From the NCBI RefSeq assembly GCF_030684315.1, contig NC_081385.1, positions 24,395,247 through 24,459,246 of the forward strand: DNA of 64,000 nucleotides, in the 5' to 3' direction. The translations under genes were made by a program, and so were the position numbers. Shown piece by piece: positions 36,041 to 49,977 of this stretch; positions within the stretch are counted from its first letter, which is position 1, and every line of letters begins with the position of its first letter. The notes beneath the pieces were generated by a model, which was not told the origin of the DNA, did no database searches, and worked only from the letters and a program-made list of their open reading frames with translations. The stretch is from Stegostoma tigrinum (lineage: Eukaryota).

Positions 36041-39000
36041 CTGTAAGTTCAAGAACACAGCTGTTTTTGTATGTGCGTGATTTATCTTCAGTGCTTATAT
36101 TAATACAGTACAATGGGGGGAACTGTGTATTATGCCAGTCCAAATGATTTGACAGAGAATAAAATTACCTTCACTTGTCCCTGAAACACAGTTTTGATCC
36201 TGTAAATGAAACATTTCCAAATTGAGGCACAGCTTCTGGAGTTTTGCTCAAGCTTTGTGAGTAAATTGAAAATAAAGTAACAACAGGTAGCCTACCTTTG
36301 TGAGTTGTAGTAATCACCATGGCTCCCTGCCAGTCGTATTAATTTGAAATTATTGCAAATTATGCACAGGGAGATAGTGCTCAACAACTGCTTTTCTAAG
36401 GTTTCGGGGTGTAATTTGCAGCCATGATTAATTTTATGATTATTATGGATAGGCTCACTTTTTTGCACTTCTCTAAGAACATAAGATTTATTCTGGTGTT
36501 GGCACAACATTGAATTGACAAATCAATTCCTCACTTGTCATCTCAAACGAATGTTAACATTCAGTTAGATCACAGTTGATCTGTATTTTAACTTCATCTG
36601 CCTGCAGTTTGTTCATGTGCACAGAGGAATCACTATGGTGATTCAGAAGCAATGTGAGCAGGACGGGTTATCCATACTTATAATTTCAGTTTCGATATCT
36701 CTGTGGCTGACTTAGGGCATGAACCAGGGAATAGAACCGTCTGTCTATTCAAGAAAAATGGGATGGACGTCCATGAGATTCTTTTGCTTGTCCATCATAA
36801 CTTCAGCTCGGGAGAAAAGAATGACATAAAATCTTCTTATGCCGCTTTTCCAGTTTTACCCGGTTTCTTCCGTTTATTTTTTGTTAGGATGGGTTTTATG
36901 AATTCACTCATGGTTAAAAAGCAACAAGTTAGCTTTGACAAGATTCATAGATTTGTTCTGGAGAAGCATTTTCCAAGAATGTTGAATAAAGAATTTGCTA
37001 ACCAAAGTGCCGGCTTGTAAATGTGGTCTTTATGGTTTTTTTGTTCTTGCGTACCCCCTTGCTCTGTCAATCACAAAATTGTTTCCTGTATCTGAATGGA
37101 AATCATCTGTGTAAACTGCAAACAAAAGTGACTTGACACTCAACTCTGGGACATTTACTAGAATTAGAAACTCTCATTCTAACATACATTATGTCCCAGG
37201 CCCACAAGTGAAAGATGACAACAGCTGTTGCAACAAGTTGTCCTGTGCATGGAGTGTTCTTCCACAATGGCAGCCTTGTGGCTGCAGTTTCTTTTTATTT
37301 TTAAGTTGTTACAAAGTCTTTAGAGGCTACCCGTATCTCTTATTGGTTTGTAGCTCAATAATTATGTTAGGGATCACGAACCGATGCAGCAGAGGTAAGT
37401 ATACAAAAATGTGCCTGATTTCAGAGTTCTGAATCCAAACAAATATTCAGACAGTGGCGCTTGAAACTTTGTTCTTCTCCCAATGTATCTCACTTGCCAC
37501 AACATTGAATCAACATTTGACACTGAGACACATAGATATGAGGATAGGTCATCAGTAACTGTATCACAGTGACCTGCTTTAAATGTGTTTTAGAAGAGGA
37601 GTACGAAGAGGTGGAGAGAATTAGGAAGGAATTTCCAGGCCTTAGATCCAGATAATTGAAAACTCAACTTCCGATGGTGAGGCAATCAACACTGGATAAA
37701 TAAGTGTTTAAAATGGAAAGATCCCACAGTGTTAATGGACTTTGAAGAATTTGAAATAAAGAATATTCTGTGTGAATTCTAGGCATTGGGAGCCAGTATT
37801 AGTCAGCAGGTTTGTGGCTAAAAGGAATTTGTTGTGAATTAGGATATCACTGTTAAGTTACTTTTATGTGTTACTGATGTGGACAATGCAACCAATAAGA
37901 TAACTTTTTCACTTAGAGTGTCAATGAATAACCAACAGAAAATGACATATAATGGAAACAGTACATGAGAAGGTACAATCCTTCAAAAGACATAATTGTT
38001 CCAAGCAATTATCGAAATTCTTGAGCAACAATAAGTGCAATCAACAAACCTATCTTGAGTTCTGAGATTTTCACCTGCATATGTCGCGGAATAAATTTCT
38101 GCACTTCTTTTTAATATACCATACTGAATCAATCTTTCTGTATCAAGAACAGGAGAACTCTGTAAACTTGTTGTAATACTCCAGATGATCCTTTCAGACT
38201 AAAGTTGTACTCTTTAGGTGAAAATTTGTCATATTTGTTTTCTTAAATCACTGATTGATAATTCCTTACAATTTACCACAACATGTGCTAATTTTGTTGT
38301 GGTTTGTTGATTGTATGACTTGATTCTGGGTAACGGGTTGGAACCAAAACATTACTATTTTCTCCCAAAGATGTTGCCTAAGCAACTGTTTATTTCCCAT
38401 ATTTGCTGTCTTTTTAAAATGTGCTGCAGGGATGATTTCAGACAATTAGCTATATAGTGAAATAATGAAACAACTTTATATACATTGAGGTTTAAATGGA
38501 TGAGATTCAAAGATAAAGTTTTGAAAAACATTGTTAGCAAGTAGATAAGAAAAGCAAGCATATGACTATTATAATTTATAAAAATGAAAGGAGTTTTAAT
38601 TGAACTAATATCAGACAAGCTAATGCCTTTTGCGATGGATGATATGCAAAATTGATTTCATGATGGCCAATATCTCCCCATTGACTCTACAGTGACAAGT
38701 TATCCCAAACCAGGTTCAGAGATAAACACAAATACTACATTAGTTTTTATGCTTTTCTAGGTAGCAATGCTTTAAATAGACTAGTTTGATATTGAGTGTG
38801 CTTGCCTATGATGAATTTCTCGATAAACAATTTGTTGCAAATGAAATTCTGAAGAAGAATCACCCATTTCGAAACATTAACTCTAACTTCTCTCCACATA
38901 TGCTGCACAACCTGCTGAGCTTTTGCAACAATGTTTGGTTTTGTTGTTGGTGCAAATGTTGCTGTATCCATAATGAATGCTCCTCAGTACCATCACTCTT

Positions 39001-39049
39001 TAAAACATCAATGCCTTTCTACATATTAGTTGAAATATAAATGCTTTAC

Positions 39050-39399
39050 CAGAAATCTGTATCCTTGTTCCTTGCCCTCTTCTCTCCAATAGAGGGCAGG
39101 CACTTAGTAGTCTTGCCACACAGATATAATTATAATTAGAATGATGAAAGGAAACATTTTCTACCTCCAGTGATGTGACACACAGTGTCTGAAACCACTC
39201 AGAGTAACATCAGGGATACAGGTCAGCTTCTTCATTTCATAGGAGGTATAAATCATCTATGGTGATTCCTTGTGCCAGGATATACACACTCAGTCAGTGT
39301 CTGTTCCATTTTCAATCCATGCACAGTTTATTGAGACTGGCTCTCCTCTCAAGACGCCGAGCAGATGTGGTTAAACCACCTCTCCAATGAACGGGTGAC
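39050..39399 (-). pseudogene. Copy B VJ exon, disabled
   Basis: HPFIGEVV*PHLLGVLRGEPVSINCAW...D*VCISWHKESP*...KKLTCIPDVTL...(frameshift)...YICVARL...RRGQGTRIQIS; three stops and one frameshift; splice sites retained. Confidence 0.9.
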
Positions 39400-40067
39400 C
39401 TGACAGAATACAGTTCACCATTTTCAGCTGCGTTCAGTTCTTCCAAAAGAAATCAGAAACTTTGAAAACACAATTCAGAAAAGGCTAAACTTGAAATATT
39501 TTTCCTGTTGGATTCAATATAGAAAGCACAATTAAATACAGCAGCCTTTTCTCAGATTTAATTCTAACTTTTGCAATAATTTGTTTCTTGGTTTTCTGCA
39601 ATAGTATGTTTCTCCTGCCATTCTGAATATTTGTGTTAATGTGAAACCATACTGATCAAGACATCACAATTAGGCTGTATTGGGAGATCCTTGTTTCCAG
39701 TGTCTCTGAATTTGTTGGTGTCAATATGAACCACGTGCAAAAAGAGAATCACTTTAATAGAAAATTTAAAACAAAATTGTAAATATTGTGAATCTTGTCA
39801 GCGTTATTAGAGTTCACAATCAATATATAAAGTATCATCTGTAATGGAATGTAACTTTTCCACAGGAGGCTTAATCCAAACACTGTGATGTGGGCCTTTG
39901 AACAGTGATCTCAACTGAATTGTCCAAAAGACATGGTGATATCTCACTTGCTCTCCCTGTAGTTCCACACTATGTAGAAAAGCTGAAATATTATAAAAGG
40001 AGGGAATTGAGTACATACAATGCTGGTACCAAGTGAATGTACTAGTGTTCTCAGCAGAGCAAGTCAC

Positions 40068-40116
40068 CTGGACCTGCTGTTTGCAAAGTGAAAAGCAGCT
40101 TCAGCAGGAGCTGCAT
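40068..40116 (-). pseudogene. Copy B leader exon MQLLLKLLFTLQTAGP(G)
   Basis: 49-nt paralog of copy A exon 1, donor G|GTGACT. Confidence 0.88.
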
Positions 40117-40477
40117 CTTTCAGTGTTTCCAAATGTTCTGAAACTGTTTCCTGTTCCAGACATGAAGCAGGAAAAATGTGGTCTTTTGTGTGTTTGAGAG
40201 ATAATCTACCGAGGGAATAATTTATACTTCAACCTGAAACTGACTAAAGCTGCAAAATGCCATGGAGTTTAGTTGCTCCAAGGACTGAAATTATGTGAGA
40301 CTTTCTCTTTGTTAAAACTGAAATGGTGACAAATCCATTTGGAGAACATGAAAGGTCTGGGTTAAAGGGAACTACATTTTATTATGCTGCAGAGGAGTTG
40401 TGCTGGCTGTAAATGTTGCAGGAAATGATTTCAATTCTCCAATTTGAATTGTGTATATATTTTTTTTTAATGTTTTA

Positions 40478-40820
40478 ATGCATTCACAGGATGAGAGCGT
40501 CACAGGATAGGCAATATTTATTGACCACCCCTGACTGCCCTCTGGCAATTAAGAGTCAACCACATTGCTTTGGGTCTGGAATCATATGTAGGCCAGATCA
40601 GGTAAGGATGGCAGTTTCCTCCCCTAAAAGATATTAGTGAACTAGATGGCTTTTTTCAACAATCGACAATGGATTCGTGGTTATCATTTGACCCTTAATT
40701 CCAGATATTTGTTGAATTCAAATTCCACCATCTGCTGTGGCAGGATTCGAACCCACGTCCCCAGAACATTATTTGAGCTTCTAGATTAACAGTTCAGTGA
40801 TAATACCAGTAGGTCAACGC
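40478..40820 (-). mobile_element. SINE/LINE-tail composite repeat
   Basis: ggattcgaaccc (B-box complement); tail shared with 12280-12460 and 59060-59195. Confidence 0.55.
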
Positions 40821-40844
40821 CTAGTGTGTGCATACATGCATGTG

Positions 40845-40869
40845 TGAGACAGAGAGAGAGAGAGACAGA

Positions 40870-40922
<53 letters not shown>

Positions 40923-40924
40923 GG
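40845..40924. repeat. (AG)n microsatellite
   Basis: About 80 bp of GA repeats with occasional CA. Confidence 0.97.
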
Positions 40925-41169
40925 AGAAGATTTCGCAACATGTTTTTTAGCCATGCAAATTTATTGTCTTTGACAGCAACAATATGATTGTCCACCTTAG
41001 AAATTGTGAGTCAAAGGTCACGTGCTCTGTGGGTCCTTGTGTGACTGATGCGCCCGAACCTAGATTCACATCTCTTCCAGTAAACTTAGCAGGTGTTTCC
41101 AAAAGGTGGAATTGGTCCTTGGCCTTGAGATCATTGGGATTCCTTTCTCTGGTTTCACATCCTGTTGTC

Positions 41170-42600
41170 AACAGGTGTTCTCGAAGAACTGTGTTCCTTC
41201 ACGCAGGAGCATCTTCTAAGTTAGTTTCTTCTGAACAAGGGTGTCCCATATGATGACATCTATCTTGCATTTCTTGAGGAAAATCTTCAGGGAGTCTTTG
41301 AAACACTCCTTTTGTCCTTCTCTTGTTCAAGCACCTTTCTTCAGCTGGGAAAAGAAGATTTACTTTGACCGTCGGACATCAAGTGTCCTAGACACATTGT
41401 CAGCCCAGTGGAGTTGGTTTAGATGACCTTGGCCTTGATGCTGGTGCTATTACCTGCTTCAAAGATGCTGATGTTAGTTCCCATGTCCTCACAACTGATG
41501 TGGAGGATCCAATCCAAACAATGTTGATGGTAGTTCTGAATGATATTTAATTGGTGACTATTGTTAGTCTGAGTTTTGGAGCCATGTTAAAGAATTGAAA
41601 GGATGACTGTCTTATCTGTAGGGAGCTTTGTATCAGAATTAGATGTCACTGTCATCGATGGCTCTCATTCTTAGGTGTCCGAAGGTGGTGCTTGTGGATT
41701 GTGTGTGAAGTTGAACGTCTTCACTGATGTCAGCTTTAGATGAGAGGTAATTCCCAGATAAGGAAAGTGGCCAATGTTTAGAACAATTTCTCTGTTGTTT
41801 TTAATGAAGGAATAAACCAGGACTTGTCTTGGGATGGTTTGACAAAGGACTTGACTCTTTTTGAGTTTGGGGCTTACATCATTTCTTCTGTGCGATTGCA
41901 CAAAGATATTAAGTGAGAATTGGAGATTCTGTTCCAAGGGAGCAGCAATGTGTTGTCCTCTGCTTACGGAAGTTCCTCAGGCAATGTTGGTGTCATGTTC
42001 TTCTTGGGTTTCAACTAGTTTACACTGAAGAGCTTTGTCTATCCTACAGACAATATCCACATCACTAGCAACCTTGTTCTTGACAATGTGAAGAATGGTG
42101 TTAATGAAGATGAAAAAATAGTGAGGGTAAGGACACATCCCTGTTTGACTTCTGTATTGACCTCACAGGATTGTGTCATATTACCATAGCTGAGGGTCAT
42201 CACTGATGTCTTGTCAGGAAAGAGGAGGATATTGATGAATTTCATTGGACTGCTGGCTTTGACAGAGTCTTCCATTGCACTTCCCAACTGACTGAGTCAA
42301 AAGCCTTGGTCAGATCAATAAAGGTCATGTAGAGTGGTTGGTGTTGTTCCTTGTTTCTCTTGGAATTAACGCATGTCCGTAGTTCCACAGTTTGGTCAGA
42401 AGCCATACCACCTTTCCAGAAGGATTTCCTCAGACACTGAGAGAAGGTGTCTAGCAATGATTTGGATGATGATCCTTCCAACGATGGAAAGTTGGGAAAG
42501 TTTTGAATATTTCACACAGCCCATTTTGTCTCCTTTTTTGAAGATGGTGAAGGCAGCTTCCCTGAGATTGGCAAGATTGTGAGTTACTATTCTTCTCATG
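41170..42600 (-). mobile_element. Decayed RTE-clade LINE
   Basis: HQPLYMTFIDLTKAFDSVS, EVKQGCVLTLTIFS and TIFKKGDK motifs in broken frames. Confidence 0.8.
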
Positions 42601-43129
42601 TATGTAGTTTTTTTTTTTATCTATAAACTTCTTTACAAAACAAAACCTCATTGAACTCTATCAGTTAAATTGCTCCTCTTTCTCTTATATGCCTTCCTCT
42701 AGCCCCAACATTTTCCAAAGCCAACGAATAAGACTACCTTGAACCTGCGAAGACTCAGACGAGGTTGTGTACAGCTACATAATGAAATTACACTTAGTGA
42801 ACCCTTTGTACACTCATTGGACTCTCAGTAAAAATTTTGATGTTTCTTTAGGCCCCTTGCTATCAGGTGGTTCCTTTTCAAATTTATCAGGTGGAAGTAT
42901 CAGTTTTCTCATAACATTGAGAACGGCCCAAATTTCTGGCTGTAATTCAAAAGTATGGCTTCTCACCTAGCTTCTTGTTAGGCTGTTAGAGATGCCTTTC
43001 AGCAGTGATTTTCAAATATTTGCTTTTAGTGCACTTGGGGTCAGATTGTGAGCTAACCATTTACTTTGTCACCCTGAGATCAATGCACATCTGAAACTGT
43101 GTCACTGGCACAATTTCAATATTATTGCA

Positions 43130-44538
43130 TAAATGAAAACCAAAAGAATTGTGAACGCAGTTGTTGTCTAGAATTGGAAAAGCTCATCGATTTTGCTTCC
43201 AATTTCCAACCTGCTCTCACTTTCACCTGGTCTATCTCTGACTCCTCTCTTCCCTTCTTCGACAACTCTGTTTCCATTTCTGGGGAACCGGCTACTAATA
43301 TCCATTGTAAACCTACTGACTCCAACAGCTTCCTGGGCTATACATCCTCATACCCAGCTTCCTGTAAAGATTCCATCCCATTCTCTCAGTTTCTCCATCT
43401 CTGTTGTAGAGATTCAGATGAGGCCAACTTTGATGAGGGAGCCTCTGAAATATCAACCGGCTTCCTCAACTGAGGATTCCCCAGCACTGTTGTTGACAAG
43501 GCCCTCAACCAGGCCTGACCAATCTCATGCACTTCCATCCTCACCCCTTCTCTTCCCTCCTGCAACTGCGGTATAGGGTTCCCCTTGTCCTTACATTCCA
43601 TCCCACCAGCACCTACAACCAGAAGATTATCAGATGCCATTTCCATCACCTCCAGCGAGATGCCAACATCAGACACATATTCCCCTCCCCTCCCTTGTCC
43701 ATATTCTGCAGGGACTGTTCCCTCCGGGACACCCTGGCCCATAATTCACTCAACCCCAGCACCCCGCCCCCCCACAGTCCAACGGCGCCTTCCCCTGTAA
43801 CCAGTAAAGGTGCAATACCTGCCCATTTACCTCCTCCCTCGCCGCTATCCAACGTCCCAAACATACCTTCCAGGTGAATCATCACTTCCCATAATCTAGT
43901 CTACTGCATTCGCTGCTCACAATGTGGTCTCCTCTGCATTGGGGAAACAAAGCATTGATTGGGTGACTGCTTCACAGAAATTTTGTGTTCTGCTTGCAAA
44001 ACAGACCCTGAGCTACCTGCTGCCTGCCACTTAAACACTGTTCCCTGGTCAACATCTCTGTCTCTGGCTTGCTGCAGTTTTCCATTGAAGCTGAATGCAA
44101 GCTGGAAGAACAACACCTCATTTTCCACTTGGAGACCCTGTACCCCTCAGGACTCAATATTGAGTTTAATAATTTTAGGGCCTAAACTTTCCCATGTCCT
44201 AGTCCCCTATCTCACACACCAGGCCTTGTTACCACATAGCCTGCCATTACACACAACCTCGTATTAGTCACTAACAGTCCCCATTAACAACTATTCACCC
44301 TCCCAGCCTGAACGTTATCAAATCCTTTGTCTGTCCAAGTGTTCTTCTCTCACTTTGGGCTCTATCCTATTGTTTACTCCCTTCCCCACCCACCTCCCTA
44401 TTTTCTGCATATAAACTGATGTTTTCCCAGCCACCATCAGTTCTGAGGAAGGGTTACCAGACCTGAAATGTTAACTCTGATTTTTTTCTTCACATTTGCT
44501 GCCAGACCTGCTGAGCTCTTCCTGCAATTTCAGTTTTG
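43130..44538 (+). mobile_element. Older Penelope-like element
   Basis: FTWSISDSSLPFFD...HPASCKDSIPFSQF-like RT C-terminus and decayed GIY-YIG; flanked by the direct repeat tttcaatattaYtgca. Confidence 0.85.
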
Positions 44539-47500
44539 TTTCAATATTACTGCAGCCTAACAATATGACTGTAGGCACTTTCCCTGTGTGGGCTATCAGA
44601 TCTCTACCTGCATAACTGCAATATCATTAAATTAAAGTATCTGATAAGGTGCTGGAAATAAATTGTAAAGTTCTGTTTCAGTTTAAATGCATCATTAACT
44701 AGTTCTGTATTTCACTAACATTTTATAAATGAAACAGCTGGATGAAAATGACCAAATAATCCATTCTGAGGAAGGTCACTGGAACCAAAATGTTAACTCT
44801 GATTTCTCTTCCCAGAGCTGCCAGAACCGCTGAACTTTTCCAGCAATTTTTCTTTTTGTTTCAAATAATATGCTTTGCTTGTGGTGATGATTGAAGAACA
44901 AGCATTTGTCAGGTCACCATGGATATATCCCCTGCTCTTCAAAATAGTGAGCAGAACGTTTATACCCATGGAACCAGCTACATATAAAATACGATGTTAA
45001 ATTGAGATTCTGAATTAACTGGAAGTATGCCGCAATAACCAATCTCTCCTAGTCTACAGGTGTCACCAAAGTGTAAATTTCCAATTTAAAAAGCTAAGAT
45101 GGTCACTTTGGTGGATTTACTACTATTCATGACAAAAGCAGTTCACACCATTAACGTGAAAATAGAGTTATTTATTGCAAACCAGCTTATTCCTCAACAA
45201 ATTAGACAACAAAATTTCTACTCTACCATTATGAGTCTTAAACTGCACCATTTAAAACACCAAATGCACACATATTCATCTTTACATAAGATAGCCAAAA
45301 GCAGATGGTTTGACACAAATATTATGGAACATAGTAACAAAGTGTGAAGCTGGATGAACACAGCAGGCCAAGCAGCATCTCAGGAGCACAAAAGCTGACG
45401 TTTCGGGCCGAGACCCTACTCCAGCATCTGCAGGTCCCAATATTTCTATTATGGAAACATAATGCCAGAAGAATCAGGATTCTGAATATCAAAAGCCCCG
45501 AGAACAATGTGAAGAGTTATTTCTCAAAATTCCTTTGATTTTAGGAATGATAATGTGCTGTGGCCTGGACAGTGATCACCATTCTTCGATTTGATAATGA
45601 TCAGTTGGAGCCAGGACATTTCTCACAGTAGCGTTCTTTCTTTTACATTTCCTGGTTTTGTTATCTTTTCAATCGCATAGATAAAGGAAGAGAGATGTTT
45701 TCAGTTTGCCAGGCTTGAATGCCTCTGGCTATACTCAACTGCAGCTTGACTAATCCGAGGGCTGTTAGCAAAGCATTTGTCTTGAACTCAAAATCTCCTG
45801 AAAGCATTCTGGCCGAATAATGTAACAATCCTTCTGCTCCAAAAGCAACATTTGTCTCCTACAGCTAAAAATATTCACCACTTTATTTTTCAAGTTGCAA
45901 AATTCTCTCGTTTTCTTAGCTGTACAGCAATGTCTGATTTCCATTCCAATTTATAGTCTAAAAAGGAGGAGTAAGTGTTTCCCCATTCTCATGCAAAATA
46001 CTAGAGCTCTAACAGAGCAACATTCATTGCACTGAGGCATTAGATACTTGAATTGGTACATGAATCTAGAGGCAAAAGCCTGACCGGCTGAGCTGAAACA
46101 CTGCATCCAGGTGTGAAATATCAGATCCCACAATTCCATTCATTTGTCCTCAATAGGTATAGATTTGTAAATCTAACATAATATGGATATTTTAGCCCCA
46201 GACGGAAAATTGAATATTGAATGTGTTTATTTATATACATTCTATGCTATTCTGAATGTCCCACTGTGTGTTTTGATGGAAATGGGTTACCATATATCAC
46301 TGAAAATTATCTCTCCCATCAACTAAAATAGCTATAGACTCATTCAAATGTTTGTGTCTGATCAGCCATGACTTATTAAATGATGGAGCAGACATGAAGT
46401 GCTGCATGGTTTTGTCCAGTTCATTTTCCAAGAAGCCTTCATGCCAGTTGATAACATTTTGGTTGATCAACATAGAGCTACAATAAACAAAAGGCTTGTG
46501 ACTGAGCAAAATGGAAAATGCTCTTTTAGAAAGGCACCAATCTCTTTGAGAGACTTAACCAACAAACTGCACATGAAGCCAAAACATTGGAATGAGTGCA
46601 AAACATACCAAAAAAACCCATCTACCTAACCCTTAATGAATTATATTTGACTGAGTCAAATTGAAATAATCTGCCATCTCAGAATCCATTGAATCAGATT
46701 GGAAGGAAACCATCCTTGATCCAGAGAAACTACTTCCAAAGAGTTGAAATCAATAGTCTCTTTCAGTCTTTAAAATAGCAGTTATAAATCACCAAAAGGA
46801 AGTTGTCACTGATAATGATCAGAAAAACATTAAAGCTGCAGAAGATTACTAGTGGTGTTTCTGCTGCGTAAGTAACATTGTTTTGTGCACTGAAATCAGA
46901 AATAAGTTGTTCACTTCCCATTCTACAGTGTTCAGCTCTGTGCCGATATTTTTAATAATGAAGTGCCCCACTTTACCGTAAGCAGGAATAAGAAAAATGC
47001 TGCAGGCTCTATAATCACAAAAAAATGCTGGAAAATTCTACAAAATCAGGCAATATTGTGGAGAGAACCGGAGCTAATGTTCCAGAGCATTAGATTTTGT
47101 TCTGATGAAGAATTATTGACCTGAAAGTTTGGTAGGAGTTTTGTTGAGTAACTGGGAGTCTCTCTTACTTGCTCGCAAGTTTGTTATTCAGTAAAATCTT
47201 AGCTGATCTGCCCCAGGTTTCAACTCCTCATTCACAACAGTTCCTCATATTGTTATATTATTCTCACCAGTATTTCAAAATTCTATTTACATTCTTTTTA
47301 AGTATTTTCAGTGATCTAGCCTCCACAACTCTCCAAAGGAGAGAATTCAAACATTTACTACGCTCACAGCAATTCTTTATCTGAATTTCCTTATTCTGTA
47401 TCTTTGTCCCATGGTTTAAGATTCCCCTATAAGTGGAATCACCTTTTCAACATTTACTTCTGCTTCTTTTTTTTTATGTTTCTATTCTGCAGGATAAATA

Positions 47501-48578
47501 TAATCATTAAAAATAAACCAGGCAGTTACAAAAGTACATGGAATTTTGTAAATAGTGGCATAGAGAAACAAAAACAACAAAATTGCAAACCTTCAGAAAA
47601 CACGGGTTCGACCTCAAGTATGTTTTACGTTCTCATGTAATGTATTGGATGTTTTAAACTGAAATGGGAACTTTTACAGGAAGACAGAAGAGAAGGATGT
47701 CAATCCAATGGGTTGCTTTTGTTCTGTTTAGGTCAAGCTTGGTGAATGATCTTGGAGTTGAACTCAAACAGAGAATACAAAGTAGCCCATTTCATTCTTG
47801 ACTTTTTGCTTGTAGATGAGGGACTGACTTTGGGGAAACAGAAAGTATGTTACTCGTTGCAGAATTCATGGACTTTGACCAGTTCATGTGAACACAGTAC
47901 TTATATTGCTGATCCAGCTTCTGGTCGTAGTAACCCATAGCATGATAACGAGTGAAATCAGTGGTGGTTAAATGTCATGGGGTGATAGTTAGATTCTCTC
48001 TTGTTCGATTGTTGATCGGGAGGAGAATCAAAGGTTACAGGGAAAAGGTGGGAAGTGGCTGTAAGGAATATCAGATCAGCCATGATCTTATTGAATGACT
48101 GATCAGACTTGAGGGGCCGAATAGCCTATTCCTGTTCCTCTTCGGTCTAATGGATGCTGGAGGTCTGAATCAAAAACAGAAATATGTAGTTTTGTCAGTT
48201 TTTATGGAGAGTAAGCAAAGTTGGCATTTAGTGTCCCATGACCTTTCTTCAAAGAAGAAAGCCTGAAGAATTTGCTTTACCCTTTGGAGGGTTAGTGCAG
48301 ACCCAATGGGCCAAATGGTGTCTTTCTGCACTGTGGGAATTTTGTGATTCTGAACAAGTACAGCCCAGTGTTGTACAAAGCAAAACAAAGGAGTCCTCAC
48401 TTTCACCATCCCAGAATCTGAACTAAAGAAGGGTCCAGACCTGAAACATCAGCCTTCCTGCTCCTCAGATACTGCTTAGCCTGCTGTGTTCATCCAGCTC
48501 TCCACCTTGTTGTCTCAGCTTCTCCAGCATCGACAGTTCCTATTATCTCAGAATCTGACCTGCTCAGTTCAATGAGGG

Positions 48579-48869
48579 GACCTGGTATTTCCATTGTGGA
48601 TGGTGCTTTGGCTACTGGATGTAAGTCTATGCTGACCTGCTCTGACCAGGGACTGTACTCTGAGAATATCTCCTTTAATGGATCTATGTTTGAGCAAACA
48701 TCATCAGAAACATCACTTCCCCATCCTTTACTGTCAATGGCAAATCAGTTGCCAACAGCAAATTTGAGATCATCCCTCAAGAAACCCACCGTAGCACTGA
48801 CTGTACATGTCAAAAAAAAAGTGATTTTCAAACAACTAGTAATATATGATATCAAACGAGATGCTATGT
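48579..48869 (+). pseudogene. Copy C (inverted) C1-like exon, decayed
   Basis: GISIVDGALATGCKSMLTCSDQGLYSENISF...VIFKQLVIYDIKRDAM, matching copy A exon 3 with internal indels. Confidence 0.85.
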
Positions 48870-49325
48870 GTCACAATTCTCCTCCACAGTATTGCTGTTT
48901 TCAGAAATGGCTAACAGAAAATGCTCCTAGCCAGATAAGCAATTCCTGTTTTTTCTGTGGTTTATGACTGTGTAAACATTCTCCAGTTAATGGCACAAGA
49001 AAGTTAAGACCTCACACTAAAACATGAATCATAGTCCAGACTGAACTTGTACATAATGCTGAGAATGATCTACATTGGTGGGGATGCCCTCCAGGTTTAA
49101 ACACGATCCTGTCTGCTGGTTCAGGAGCATTTTGAAAATGACTTGGCTCCATTTGAGAATAAGTTATGAGTTATCCAGTGCGCTGACTAATTGATAAAGA
49201 AATTAAATCATTTGTTCAGCAAATGATTAATTTGAATTATCCCTGGTCGCTGAATTCACTACATTAGTTCAACCAATGATAATTTCCAAAGACATAATTC
49301 ATTATTCATTTAAGTTGAAAATATG

Positions 49326-49948
49326 ACATTTTGAAAACACTTGCTTTCACACATATATTTTCCCTCAAATCAAGCTCATCATAATGACCCCTGATCTAAC
49401 TTAATCTCTGGAAACACCTTCAAATTGTGCAACATTGCAGACTTGTCCTTCTTCTTCACATGAATTTTGAGCCTTTAAAAACAAAGTTGGAATTTACCTG
49501 ACGACTAGCATTTGAGAAATTTTTTGGAGGCTTTTCAAATTGCCTTATATACTAGACTAGGAATATTGACCATTCAAATAGGAGCAAAATATTGCAGATG
49601 CTGGAAATTTAATATAAAGGCAGAAAGTGCTGAAGACACACAGCAGATGTGACAGAATCTGTGGAGAGAGAAACACAGTTAATGTTTCAAGTCTAGTATA
49701 ACTACTCTTCAGAACTGAGGGGCCATTCAATCAGATTTTGCAAATCGAAAACGTTGATACATAATATATATTCCTGATGTTAATTTGCCAATGTTACGTC
49801 CATATAACTACAGTAAACTCTGATTTTTCTTGTGCAAATAACATTTTGAAAACACTTCCTTTCACACATATATTTTCCCTCAAATCAAAATAATGTCTCC
49901 TGATCTAACTTAATCTCTGGAAACACCTTCAAATTGTGCAACATTGCA
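49326..49948. repeat. Direct repeat of about 110 bp (49326-49440 and 49841-49948)
   Basis: acattttgaaaacact...gaaacaccttcaaattgtgcaacattgca occurs twice, near-identical. Confidence 0.9.
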
Positions 49949-49977
49949 CAAATTCTTTTATTCCATTTTTCTTTTAG

